Assembly (NCBI GenBank): GCA_003695265.1
Contig: RFII01000037.1
Coordinates: 1-33,707 of the forward strand
Direction of reading: 5' to 3'
DNA length: 33,707 nt
Source: Candidatus Woesearchaeota archaeon
GTDB taxonomy: Archaea > Nanobdellota > Nanobdellia > Woesearchaeales > J072
Shown: one piece after another, positions 9,935 through 18,270 of the stretch
How positions within the stretch are numbered: position 1 is the first letter of the stretch
How the letters are laid out: each line of letters begins with the position of its first letter
Translations under genes and position numbers: made by a program
The notes under the pieces: generated by a model
Database searches by the model: none
What the model was told of the DNA's origin: nothing
Seen by the model: only the letters and a program-made list of their open reading frames with translations

Positions 9935-11110
9935 ATGAAAAAGATTGTTTGTTTTATTGTATTTCTCATATTTGCTCAAACAGCTTTTGCAATAGGCATC
10001 GGTGGCTCAGAGCTTAATCCGAGTGTTGTTTTTGAGCCGAACCTGAATCTTAAGTATTCTTATCAAATCATAACAACTTTATCAGAGCCAAGCGATTATG
10101 AGGTTTATGTCAAGATGGGTAAAAATGATAATATTGACCTGACAAAATATGTTACTATAGAACCCACAACCCATTTTTCTAATGTTAAACCTGGAGATAA
10201 CCCTTATTTTACTGTTAAGGTAAATCTTCCCGAATCAATTGAGGAGCCAGGTTACCATTCCATTATTGTTGGCGTTGTGGAAGCGGAGACACAAGGAGGA
10301 GCACTTAATTCTAGGACAGCGGCAGAAACATACATAACAATACTGTCACTTTTCCCTGGCAAGCTTCTTAAGTCACAAGTTTCTGTTCGCAACACCAATG
10401 CTGATGAGGAAACAGAGGTAAAGGTTAATGTCCAAAACTTAGGAGAGGAAACAATCAATTCTGTAAAGGCAAAAATCCAGGTTTTTGACTCAGATAATAA
10501 TGTTGTGAGAGAATTAACAACGAAGTCAATATCATTGGGCCCTGGAAAGAAAGATGTCATAAAAGAGCCGCTTAGCGTTCAGGGCTTACAGCCTGGTGAG
10601 TACAGCGTAAAGGCTTTTATAACTTATGACGGGAGAGAGGATTCTGCAGAGAACACATTTAAGATAGGTGAGCTTTCTGTCAATATTGTTGATTATTCTA
10701 AGGTATTTTATTCAAACCAGATAAACGAGTTTAACATTCAGGTTGAAAGTGTTTGGAACCATCATATCAAGGATGTTTACGCAGAGGTTATTGTTGAGAA
10801 TAAAAGGGTAAAGACACCAACAACGAGCATTGATCCGTGGCAGAAAAAGATAATAACAGGGTACTTTGACACAAGAGGCATAAAGCCGGGCACTTACGCT
10901 GGACAAATTATAGTCCATTTTAATGGAAAGACAAGCTTAAAGGATATTCAAGTGCAGATAGTGCATCCAAGAGAGGTTGAAAGCCCAAGAGAATCTGCCT
11001 TAAAGAACATAAGCCTCACAGTGATTATGATTGCAGTTGTTGGAATACTCGCAATAATTGATTTGGTGTTTATTCTTGCAAGGAAGAAACAGGACAATAA
11101 GAAAAAATGA
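9935..11110 (+). CDS. Membrane-anchored multi-Ig-fold surface protein; paralogue of 7718..8944
   Basis: Shared motifs VFEP, P.SI..PG.H, V.N.G.E.I, F.IG.L.V, F.I.V...WN...KDVY; C-terminal TM helix and basic tail. Confidence 0.7.
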   Translation: MKKIVCFIVFLIFAQTAFAIGIGGSELNPSVVFEPNLNLKYSYQIITTLSEPSDYEVYVKMGKNDNIDLTKYVTIEPTTHFSNVKPGDNPYFTVKVNLPESIEEPGYHSIIVGVVEAETQGGALNSRTAAETYITILSLFPGKLLKSQVSVRNTNADEETEVKVNVQNLGEETINSVKAKIQVFDSDNNVVRELTTKSISLGPGKKDVIKEPLSVQGLQPGEYSVKAFITYDGREDSAENTFKIGELSVNIVDYSKVFYSNQINEFNIQVESVWNHHIKDVYAEVIVENKRVKTPTTSIDPWQKKIITGYFDTRGIKPGTYAGQIIVHFNGKTSLKDIQVQIVHPREVESPRESALKNISLTVIMIAVVGILAIIDLVFILARKKQDNKKK

Positions 11111-11517
11111 GAAGGCTTGTTCTGATTTTTATAGTGGGTGTGCTTTCTATAATATTAACTCTTTTTCTTTACAGCTTTTACAGTGTTGCTTTTGTGAAGT
11201 ATGTTCCGATGAGTGTTGAAGTTGGCAGGGGGGTTGGGTTCAGCCTTGACACAGACATCCTGGACTTTGGGAAAACATTTCCAGGAGGCGTTCTGTCAAG
11301 GGAGATAATTGTAAGCCACAACGTGGATGAAAGGCTGAAAGCACGTATAATTCCCACAGGGGAGATTAAAGACTGGGTTTATTTGTCAGATAATAATTTT
11401 CATTTAGCAAAGAATGAGGTAAGAAAACTGGCTGTTTTTGTTTATGTTCCTAAGAACACATCCTTTGGGAATCATACAGGCACGCTTAGAGTGTTTTTCC
11501 AGAGAACAATAACATGA
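11107..11517 (+). CDS. Small TM-anchored beta protein, candidate minor fibre subunit
   Basis: N-terminal TM, YVPMSVEV strand, LDFG motif, C-terminal VYVP.....G..TGTLRVF. ATGA overlap with the upstream gene. Confidence 0.7.
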   Translation: MRRLVLIFIVGVLSIILTLFLYSFYSVAFVKYVPMSVEVGRGVGFSLDTDILDFGKTFPGGVLSREIIVSHNVDERLKARIIPTGEIKDWVYLSDNNFHLAKNEVRKLAVFVYVPKNTSFGNHTGTLRVFFQRTIT

Positions 11518-11597
11518 TATATCTAAAACATATCATTATGATATATAGTTAATAGTTATTTAGTTCTATTTGGAAATATTTATATATCATTTTGATA
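11514..11597. promoter_or_regulatory. Putative operator array and promoter of the RHH gene
   Basis: Inverted repeat ATATCAT-T-ATGATAT (11530-11544), another ATGATAT at 11514, and TATCA-TTT-TGATA at 11585-11597 next to TTTATATA (~11579). Confidence 0.5.
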
Positions 11598-11609
11598 CTA
11601 ATAGGATAT

Positions 11610-11795
11610 ATGGATGAGCTTATTCACGTACGCGTTGGCAGAGAGTTAAAGAGGCAGATGCAAAAACTGATTGATTTGGGTCTTTTTTCCAATCAGGCAG
11701 AGATTGCACGCGAGGGCATAAGAAATCTTCTCTTAAAATATAACAAGGAAATAGTGGAAGCCTTAAAAAACAAAAATGGAAAGAATATCAAATAA
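11610..11795 (+). CDS. Ribbon-helix-helix (CopG/Arc/MetJ-like) transcription regulator
   Basis: LIHVRV strand, helix, then GLFSNQAEIAREGIRNLL, matching the archaeal RHH pattern G.f.s.SE.iR.aiR.ll. ATG at 11610 preferred. Confidence 0.8.
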   Translation: MDELIHVRVGRELKRQMQKLIDLGLFSNQAEIAREGIRNLLLKYNKEIVEALKNKNGKNIK

Positions 11796-13488
11796 CCGCA
11801 TAGCTTTGATAGCAATAATAATAATGTTTATATCACTTTTAACTAATTGGATGATCATTTACACGACAAAACAGCAGATTCCTGTAGGAGCTGTCACTAA
11901 AGGAAAAGTAAGCATATGCATAAATGAGCCTCCGGAGCTAAGTGTTCCCTGCAACAATAAAGGGTATGTTGGTTGCAGGTATTATTGTGATGCTGATGCA
12001 ACAGACCAGTTCAGCACAGAGTTTTATTTTAATGATGACACTGATTTATTTGACATAAATGAGACAACAGGAATTATTGACTTCACTCCTGTTGAGAATG
12101 AGAGTGGGAATTATTCAATCAACATCAGTGTTAGCGAGCCTGCCAACTGCTCTAATAATGAGAGCTCACAAATATTAAACCTTTCAATTTCAGCCAATGT
12201 TTGCGGAGACGGAATTTGCGTAGCGCAATGCGGGGAAAACAGAAGAACGTGCTCTGCTGACTGCGGCAGCAGCTCAAACCAAGCAGCCGGAAGTGGAGGA
12301 GGCGGTGGGGGCGGTGGAGGAGCAATTCCCTCTCCTGACCAGTTGGACGCGCTTCCGTCATTTGACTTTGACCCAGAGCTTTTGAAAGTGTTCTTAAACA
12401 TTGGGGAAGTCCAGGAAAGGCAGGTTGTTATTTCGAACACAGGCACAAAAGACATTAACATAAATATTGAGTTAGAGCAGCTGCAAAAATATGTTTCCTT
12501 ATCAGAGAATGAGTTCTTCCTGCCAGTGGCAGCATCAAAAACAATCAGCATAAAATTCGATGCAAAAAACACCCAGCCAGGAGTATACACGGGAAATTTG
12601 GTTTTCACATCAGGCATTGTGAAGAAAAAGCTTCCCATAATTATTGAGATAGAGTCAGTTGGGATTAAGCTTGATTTAAGAGTTTCAATTCCAGAAGAAT
12701 TCCAGATGATTGAAAAAGGAGAAGATATTGCAGCAAAGATTGCGCTCTTCAACATGGGTGACAAAAAAGAGATTACTGTCAGCCTGAAATACGGCGTAAA
12801 AGACATGAATGATATGGTAATAGTGTCAGAGCAGGAAGACGTGCAGCTCACAACCTCGCTTGAATTGCTGAAAAGGCTTGATTTGCCGTATGACATCAAC
12901 AAAGGAAACTACGTTTATTTTGCAGAGGCCATTTACAAAGACAAGAAATCAGTAAATGGTAAAATATTTGAAGTGGTTGAGGAAACAATAAGGGAAGAAG
13001 TCCCATCACCTGTAAGAGAGGACCTTAACTCAGATAAGCTGCTATCAGACATTGAGCAAAGGTTCAGCAAGCAGATGCTATTGTTCTTATTAATTTTAAT
13101 ATTGATAATAATAAACGTGTCGTACTTCACGTACAGGAAGCTAACAAGCATTGAAAAAGAGCACGCAAAGCACGCAGGAGAAAAAGAGAAGGAAAAAATA
13201 AAAGATGAAAGGAAAGAGGCAAAAAAGGACAAAATAATAAGAATATTATCAAAAGCATCAGAAACAAAAGGCAAAAGGAAAGAAAGACAGGCAATAAGCA
13301 AGATAAAAATAAAAAGGAAAGTGAAAGAAAAAGAAGAAGCATTATTAGAAAAGAAGAAGCTTGAGAGAAAAGCCGAGACACTGAAGAAAAGCTTCAAATT
13401 AAGGTATATAAGCAAACAGTCGTACGAGAAAGGAATAAAAGAAATAAACGAGGAGATAAGAAAGCTGAACAGGAAATTAAGGCAGTAA
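11776..13488 (+). CDS. Membrane-anchored surface protein: N-terminal TM and strand, cadherin/Ig-like domain, Cys motif, poly-Gly linker, Ig-like domains, TM, Lys/Glu-rich cytoplasmic tail
   Basis: GAVTKGKVSICI after the TM; LFDINETTGIIDFTP; CGDGIC...GE...TCSADC; Gly run; second TM; charged coiled-coil tail. Confidence 0.75.
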   Translation: MERISNNRIALIAIIIMFISLLTNWMIIYTTKQQIPVGAVTKGKVSICINEPPELSVPCNNKGYVGCRYYCDADATDQFSTEFYFNDDTDLFDINETTGIIDFTPVENESGNYSINISVSEPANCSNNESSQILNLSISANVCGDGICVAQCGENRRTCSADCGSSSNQAAGSGGGGGGGGGAIPSPDQLDALPSFDFDPELLKVFLNIGEVQERQVVISNTGTKDININIELEQLQKYVSLSENEFFLPVAASKTISIKFDAKNTQPGVYTGNLVFTSGIVKKKLPIIIEIESVGIKLDLRVSIPEEFQMIEKGEDIAAKIALFNMGDKKEITVSLKYGVKDMNDMVIVSEQEDVQLTTSLELLKRLDLPYDINKGNYVYFAEAIYKDKKSVNGKIFEVVEETIREEVPSPVREDLNSDKLLSDIEQRFSKQMLLFLLILILIIINVSYFTYRKLTSIEKEHAKHAGEKEKEKIKDERKEAKKDKIIRILSKASETKGKRKERQAISKIKIKRKVKEKEEALLEKKKLERKAETLKKSFKLRYISKQSYEKGIKEINEEIRKLNRKLRQ

Positions 13489-13553
13489 ATAGGTAAAATT
13501 TATAAAGGAAAAGACACAAATGTTTTTGTGAGGTCAGAAAAACAGGTGATTCA

Positions 13554-13874
13554 ATGGCAAAAAAAACAAGCATGTCAAAACCAGAGATGAGGAAAAAGGA
13601 AAAAATGCTTAATGAAGCGCTTCTTGACCTCGACAGAGAGATAGAGTCATTAAGAAGGAAAAAAGCAAATCTTGAAACAGAAGTAGAAAACATTGCTGAG
13701 GACATAAAGCAAACGCAAAGCGAAGAGCGGCGCTTAAGAAGGCAGATTTCTAGATTAGTCCAGAAAGAGGACGAGCTTAATACAAAGAAGGACAAGATAA
13801 AAGAAAAGTTAGAGCTGCTTAAAGAAAAAATGGCTCGCGTGGCAAAAATAAAAGATGAGCTGCGAGAAGTTTAA
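13554..13874 (+). CDS. Small coiled-coil hypothetical protein
   Basis: SD AGGTGA, TATA at ~13499, heptad-rich charged sequence. Confidence 0.7.
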   Translation: MAKKTSMSKPEMRKKEKMLNEALLDLDREIESLRRKKANLETEVENIAEDIKQTQSEERRLRRQISRLVQKEDELNTKKDKIKEKLELLKEKMARVAKIKDELREV

Positions 13875-13902
13875 TCCTAATAGTTCTTACGATATTTCTT
13901 GT

Positions 13903-14163
13903 TTATTGTTTGCCTGATTCTTTTTTTACGCGGTCTTCCAGCACAGTAATTTTGGAGTTAAGCTTCTTTTTTGTTTCAGACACCCATTCATCATGGCCTG
14001 AGCCAAAAATGTCTATCCTAATCCTGTGCCTTTTGCCGCAGGAGCACTGGACTGCTTTATAGTGGATTTCGCTCACAAACTCAGAAGTCCATGGACCTTC
14101 AAGAGGCCTGTTGCAGTAAATGCAGTTCTCAACTATTAATTCCTCACTAAGCAAATGGTGCAT
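13903..14163 (-). CDS. Small putative zinc-ribbon protein
   Basis: CIYC...CSCG; follows cutA on the same strand. Confidence 0.65.
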   Translation of the reverse strand: MHHLLSEELIVENCIYCNRPLEGPWTSEFVSEIHYKAVQCSCGKRHRIRIDIFGSGHDEWVSETKKKLNSKITVLEDRVKKESGKQ

Positions 14164-14169
14164 ATTGAT

Positions 14170-14475
14170 TCACTCGTTTACCTGTTCTTTAACCCAGTTT
14201 TTGTATTCGCTGTTGCAACCAACCTCAAAAGAAGCGATGCAAGGCAACTCGTATGAATGAAGCCTTTTTATCTCATCCATTACCTTTTTAGCTCTGCTCT
14301 TTGTGGTTTTTATTAGGAGCACGTGCTCCTTGTCTTCAGTAAGCTTTTCTTTCCACATGTAAACGGATGTTATTGGGAAAATGTTGGCGCAAGCCGCAAG
14401 CCTTTTTTTTACAAGGGCTCGGCCTATTTCCTTTGCCTCTGAAACATCCTTGCATGGAGTATACAAAAAAATCAT
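14170..14475 (-). CDS. cutA: Divalent-cation tolerance protein CutA
   Basis: LVKKRLAACANI.PITSVY.W...E..LLIKT...HSYELPCI signature. Confidence 0.95.
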   Translation of the reverse strand: MIFLYTPCKDVSEAKEIGRALVKKRLAACANIFPITSVYMWKEKLTEDKEHVLLIKTTKSRAKKVMDEIKRLHSYELPCIASFEVGCNSEYKNWVKEQVNE

Positions 14476-14593
14476 TTTTTGCTAAAAGGGTAACAATGAA
14501 AATAATTGAGGTTGCTTTTATATTTTTTGGTTATGAGCAGGTTTTAAGCCTCATAAAAATTAATTTATGAATAGATTATAAAAAATCATAGAT

Positions 14594-14666
14594 TATAAGG
14601 TAAAGTCAACTTATGTGGGGTAAGTTTTGGTGGTGAATGGGTGGTGTGGGTGGGACTAAAAAATTT
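14594..14666. repeat. Dispersed intergenic repeat copy 1 with a dif-like core
   Basis: AAAGTCAACTTATGTGGGGTAAGTTTTGGTGGTGAATGGGTGGTGTGGGTGGGACTAAAAAATTT (14602-14666) aligns with 28625-28687. Confidence 0.9.
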
Positions 14667-14735
14667 ACATATTTACATAAAAACTTTTACAAGCTCACAG
14701 CACAATAAAATCGGCTTAACCAGATTATAAAAAAA

Positions 14736-15191
14736 TTAATAAAACAAGAAGTCAGTAGGCGCTCTGCCATTTTCCACAGCCATATTGGGAGTAATATCCC
14801 ATATGTTTAAACCTTGGTAATGAGAGACTATGTCTTTGTCCCCATCTCCATCAAAATCCGTCAATTCTGGTTTAATCCTAAAAGGATCTCCACGCGGTCC
14901 ATAAATTGGCAATATGTAGTCTATGAATCTTTTCCCTGCTCCGCCGTCTATATAGATCGCTGTAAAGCCATAAAGGGTTTGTTGTGCAGTAACTCTTGGT
15001 TCCTCTGTAGGAGAAATGCTTACATGCTCATCTGCAGTTCTTATATGTAAATATGGTCTTCCTAATGCAGACTGATTTTTATCACTATGAGCATCACAAG
15101 CAAGTCCGCCTAAAGCTAGAGCTCCAACAAAAAAAGCTCGTGCTATATGATTTCGACTTATTTGTCTTATTTTATCTGTAAGTGAATTCAT
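14736..15191 (-). CDS. Putative lipoprotein with an FG-GAP/Ca-binding-like loop
   Basis: Hydrophobic stretch ending LGGLAC (lipobox-like); DFDGDGDKDIV motif. ATG 15191 preferred over GTG 15215. Confidence 0.6.
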   Translation of the reverse strand: MNSLTDKIRQISRNHIARAFFVGALALGGLACDAHSDKNQSALGRPYLHIRTADEHVSISPTEEPRVTAQQTLYGFTAIYIDGGAGKRFIDYILPIYGPRGDPFRIKPELTDFDGDGDKDIVSHYQGLNIWDITPNMAVENGRAPTDFLFY

Positions 15192-15337
15192 TTTGTCCAG
15201 CCTCTGATCAAACACAATTTTATTGTTTTTAATATATTTGTTATCACACAGTTATTACAAATAAGTATTTAAATATTTGCTGTAAATAATTTACGACAAA
15301 TAGGAAGTTTTATATACTTTGAAGTTTTAGAAACCAT

Positions 15338-16078
15338 ATGGAAATTATCCAATCCTTAAAGAAATTTGGGCTTTCAGAAAAAGAAGGAAGCGTATATCTA
15401 AGTTGCTTAGAATTAGGAGAGACCACAGCAACGAATATTTCGATTAAAAGCAATCTGCCAAGAACATTGGTTTATGATATTTTGGAGAGGCTGATAAATC
15501 TTGGTCTTGTTTCTTATAATATAAAAGCAAATAAAAAGCATTTCATAGCAGCAGAGCCAAAAGAGCTACTTAGAATTTTGAAAGAAAAGGAAGAAGCAAT
15601 AAAAGAGATATTGCCTAATCTTGAAGAATTACAAAAATTAAAAGGGGTGAAGAGGCCTAAAGTTGAAATCTACGAGGGAAAAGAGGGAATGAAAACTGCA
15701 ATGAACAATATTTTACGCTCAAAGATAAAGGAATTCAGGGTTTATGGTAGCTCAAGGTCGTCTTTAGAAATAATACCTGCATTCATGGATGAATGGCATA
15801 AACAAAGAATAAAACAAAAAATACAGATGAAGGTTTTATATAATAACACAAAATCGGCAAGAGAAAAAGTAAAGGAAAAGCCAGAATCATTAAAATATGC
15901 GAGATACAAATTCATGCCCATAAAATTAGAGTCGCCTACAGCAATTGTTGTTTATAGCAACAAAGTGGCTTTGCAATCATGGACAAAAAAGCCGTTTACA
16001 GTAATGATTGAAGATGAGGAGATGGCAAAAAACCAGATGAGGTATTTTGAAGAATTATGGAAAATTGCAGAATTGTAA
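15338..16078 (+). CDS. TrmB-family transcription regulator
   Basis: GLSEKE..VYL.CLELG...A..IS..SNLPR..VYDILE.L...GLV wHTH, VEIYEGKEG, PLD-like effector domain ending FEELWK. Confidence 0.92.
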   Translation: MEIIQSLKKFGLSEKEGSVYLSCLELGETTATNISIKSNLPRTLVYDILERLINLGLVSYNIKANKKHFIAAEPKELLRILKEKEEAIKEILPNLEELQKLKGVKRPKVEIYEGKEGMKTAMNNILRSKIKEFRVYGSSRSSLEIIPAFMDEWHKQRIKQKIQMKVLYNNTKSAREKVKEKPESLKYARYKFMPIKLESPTAIVVYSNKVALQSWTKKPFTVMIEDEEMAKNQMRYFEELWKIAEL

Positions 16079-16197
16079 TCAAAAAAAACAGCATTATTCT
16101 GAAAATAAGGTTTGTTTTTCCTGCAAAAATCCGATAAATTTAAATAGAATCCATTTTTCCGTAGTGGGTAGTTCAGACGAGCAAACTAAAAATCAAA

Positions 16198-16371
16198 GGG
16201 GCTGTGGGGTAGCTTGGTCTAGCCTTTCTGGTTTGGGTCAGCATGACTGAAAAAAGCCAGACGACCCCGGTTCAAATACAGGGTTCGGAGCGCGGCCATC
16301 GGTGTTCAGCGTTCAGAACTGAACACAGACCGCTGAGCACTGCTCGCTGATTGAAAGTCCGGGCAGCCCCA
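16198..16371 (+). tRNA. tRNA-Pro(UGG) with two introns (16238-16255 at 37/38; 16277-16357 at 59/60)
   Basis: Acceptor stem GGGGCTG/CAGCCCC-A; anticodon stem TCTGG/CCAGA with TGG at 16234-16236; T stem CCCGG/CCGGG with loop TTCAAA|T; BHB-like junctions. Confidence 0.9.
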
Positions 16372-16379
16372 TCAAAAAA

Positions 16380-16622
16380 ATGGTCAAGAAAAAAAAGTTT
16401 GGATCTGTCAAAAGGTTTGGTCCTCGATATGGAAGAAGAACAAAGGACAGAGTGTCAGAAGTCGAGGCGCTGAGGAAAAAAAAGCATTCCTGCCCTTTCT
16501 GCAAAAAAAACAAAGTAAAAAGATTGGCTGCAGGAATATGGTATTGCAGCAAGTGTAACTGCAAGTTCACAAGCAAGGCATATTCTGTAAGCTCAAAGAA
16601 GAAAGTCGTTTCGGAGGCATAA
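16380..16622 (+). CDS. rpl37ae: 50S ribosomal protein L37Ae (eL43)
   Basis: RFGPRYGR, CPFC...VKRLAAGIWYCSKC. Confidence 0.97.
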   Translation: MVKKKKFGSVKRFGPRYGRRTKDRVSEVEALRKKKHSCPFCKKNKVKRLAAGIWYCSKCNCKFTSKAYSVSSKKKVVSEA

Positions 16623-16623
16623 A

Positions 16624-16761
16624 ATGGTTAGCTACAAATGCTTTGAGTGCAACAGGGAAATCTCAGACACAATGCTAAGAAAAAAAGTGAGGTGCCCTTA
16701 TTGCGGAAGCAAAATGCTTTTCAAGCCGCGCCAAACCACGACAGTTGTAAAGGCAAGATGA
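16624..16761 (+). CDS. rpoP: DNA-directed RNA polymerase subunit P (Rpo12), absent from the ORF track
   Basis: Manual translation MVSYKCFECNREISDTMLRKKVRCPYCGSKMLFKPRQTTTVVKAR; canonical position after rpl37ae. Confidence 0.93.
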   Translation: MVSYKCFECNREISDTMLRKKVRCPYCGSKMLFKPRQTTTVVKAR

Positions 16762-16994
16762 GCTTCAGTGCTTTAATAAAATATCCGGAACCAGGATCAT
16801 ATGATTGCTTTTATCCCGAGTTTCAGGAGAAAAACAATGCTCGTGCAACAGTAGCGCTTTCAAAAGAAAAGAACAAGGTTGTATTCATGATAAATTCAAA
16901 AGACTTCACTGCTTTCAAAGCAAGAATAAATTCGGTAATAAAACTTATTGAGGTTTACGAAAAGGCAAAAAATGGCAATGAGCAAAGAAGTTGA
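16758..16994 (+). CDS. pcc1: KEOPS complex subunit Pcc1
   Basis: ATGA overlap with rpoP; C-terminal I.SKDFTAFKARINSVIKLI; conserved rpoP-pcc1-pfdB order. Confidence 0.75.
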   Translation: MSFSALIKYPEPGSYDCFYPEFQEKNNARATVALSKEKNKVVFMINSKDFTAFKARINSVIKLIEVYEKAKNGNEQRS

Positions 16995-17301
16995 GCAGAA
17001 AATAAGCCAACTGCAGTTGATTGAGCAGAACCTGCAAAATTACTTAATGCAAAAACAAAACCTCCAAAACCAGCTCATTGAGATTGAGAGCGCACAGAAA
17101 GAGCTGGAAACAGCAAAAAAGGCGTACAAGATTGTTGGCAACATAATGGTTTCTTCTGCAAAGGAAGATCTTGTGAAAGACCTCAACGAAAAAAAGAAAA
17201 TTGTAGAGCTCCGAATCAAAAACCTGGAGAAACAGGAGGACAAAATAAAGAAAAAAGCAGAAGAGCTCAAAAAGGACGTTTTATCAAACATGAAAGAGTG
17301 A
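16972..17301 (+). CDS. pfdB: Prefoldin beta subunit
   Basis: Coiled coils flanking AYKIVGNIMV; gene context. Confidence 0.93.
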   Translation: MAMSKEVEQKISQLQLIEQNLQNYLMQKQNLQNQLIEIESAQKELETAKKAYKIVGNIMVSSAKEDLVKDLNEKKKIVELRIKNLEKQEDKIKKKAEELKKDVLSNMKE

Positions 17302-17306
17302 TTGCA

Positions 17307-17546
17307 ATGGCAGAATTTGATGAAGTGATTAAAGCGTTAAAAGAACTTTGTGAAGACCCATTAGTGCCTAAAAACGTTAAGGTAAAGCTCCAGAATACAA
17401 TAAATTCCTTAAATGATGACTGTGAACTATCAATAAAGGTTGACCGCGCCTTGAACGAGCTTGATGAGATCTCGTCTGACGCTAACATTGAGCCGTTCAC
17501 GAGAACGCAGATATGGAATATTGTTTCTTTACTTGAAAGCCTTTGA
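17307..17546 (+). CDS. UPF0147 family protein
   Basis: D..VPKNV...LDEISSDANI..FTRTQIWNIVSLLES. Confidence 0.9.
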   Translation: MAEFDEVIKALKELCEDPLVPKNVKVKLQNTINSLNDDCELSIKVDRALNELDEISSDANIEPFTRTQIWNIVSLLESL

Positions 17547-17576
17547 TTGCTCAACTTTGGGCACCAACACCGCCCT

Positions 17577-18173
17577 TTAGTGTGATGTGGTTGATTTCTT
17601 GTTTCTCCTGTTAGGTATGATAACAACCTTCTCTTTTACCAAAAGGCTGTTAGGTATGAATATTTCATCCCCTTTTTTTGTTTCTACTTTTGTTTCAATA
17701 AGGTTGAGGTAGACTATTCTTCCTTCAGCATGCTTAACTTTTATTGTGTCTCCTATCTTCAAACGCCTTTTCTTATGCAGAATAAAGCCTGCTATTAAGT
17801 TAGGGATAAAATCTTTTATGCTTAGTAGTATGGACAAAATAATAACGAGCAAAAAAGCTCCGAAAAGAATATATAATATTATTGGGGCTAAGCTAAGGGT
17901 TTCTAAAGCCCAAACAACCGCAATAAAATAGATAAAATACGTTGATAAGTTACTTATTATTTCCTCTAGACTGATTGGTATTTTTGTCGCTTTTCTTAAA
18001 GACTTGTTTATTTCGAGTTCGTGCAGAACCCTAAGTATTAATTTTCCAACAAGCCTTCCTATTATTATGCCAACAAAGATTATGAGAACAGCCACTATCA
18101 GTTTGCTTAGGAACCCGCCTATTCTGATGTTGAGAAAATTGAACGCGTTAAGCATTACTGGATATTCCCCCAT
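17577..18173 (-). CDS. mscS: Small-conductance mechanosensitive channel family protein
   Basis: TM helices, KDFIPNLIAG, KIGDTI....EG......L..T......G..IFIPNS. Confidence 0.85.
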   Translation of the reverse strand: MGEYPVMLNAFNFLNIRIGGFLSKLIVAVLIIFVGIIIGRLVGKLILRVLHELEINKSLRKATKIPISLEEIISNLSTYFIYFIAVVWALETLSLAPIILYILFGAFLLVIILSILLSIKDFIPNLIAGFILHKKRRLKIGDTIKVKHAEGRIVYLNLIETKVETKKGDEIFIPNSLLVKEKVVIIPNRRNKKSTTSH

Positions 18174-18270
18174 AGTATAAATGAGGTAAAAAGATTAGTT
18201 TATAAAAGTGTCGGTAAAAAATAAATACTGATTCTTAATACATGTTTTTGCGCATTGGTAAGTACATAAA

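Noticed and set aside
12111..13795. Long minus-strand ORFs (263, 160, 133 aa)
   Set aside because: Antisense shadows of well-supported plus-strand genes, with low-complexity F/S/L-rich translations.
14602..14666. CRISPR repeat or G-quadruplex explanation for the dispersed repeat
   Set aside because: Only two copies 14 kb apart with no spacer array, and the four G-runs are not preserved in copy 2.
16090..16125. Inverted partner dif-like site closing the first accessory segment (TCTGAAAATAA-GGTTTG-TTTTTCC)
   Set aside because: Similarity to the repeat arms is too weak in AT-rich DNA.
16238..16357. C/D-box guide RNA within the tRNA introns
   Set aside because: CTGA motifs are present but there is no convincing RUGAUGA box C.
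16047..16576. ORFs 16047..16250 (+) and 16313..16576 (-)
   Set aside because: They overlap the tRNA and rpl37ae and have no coding signature.
16647..16757. N-terminal extension of the 16647..16994 ORF
   Set aside because: This stretch belongs to rpoP in another frame; pcc1 starts at ATG 16758.
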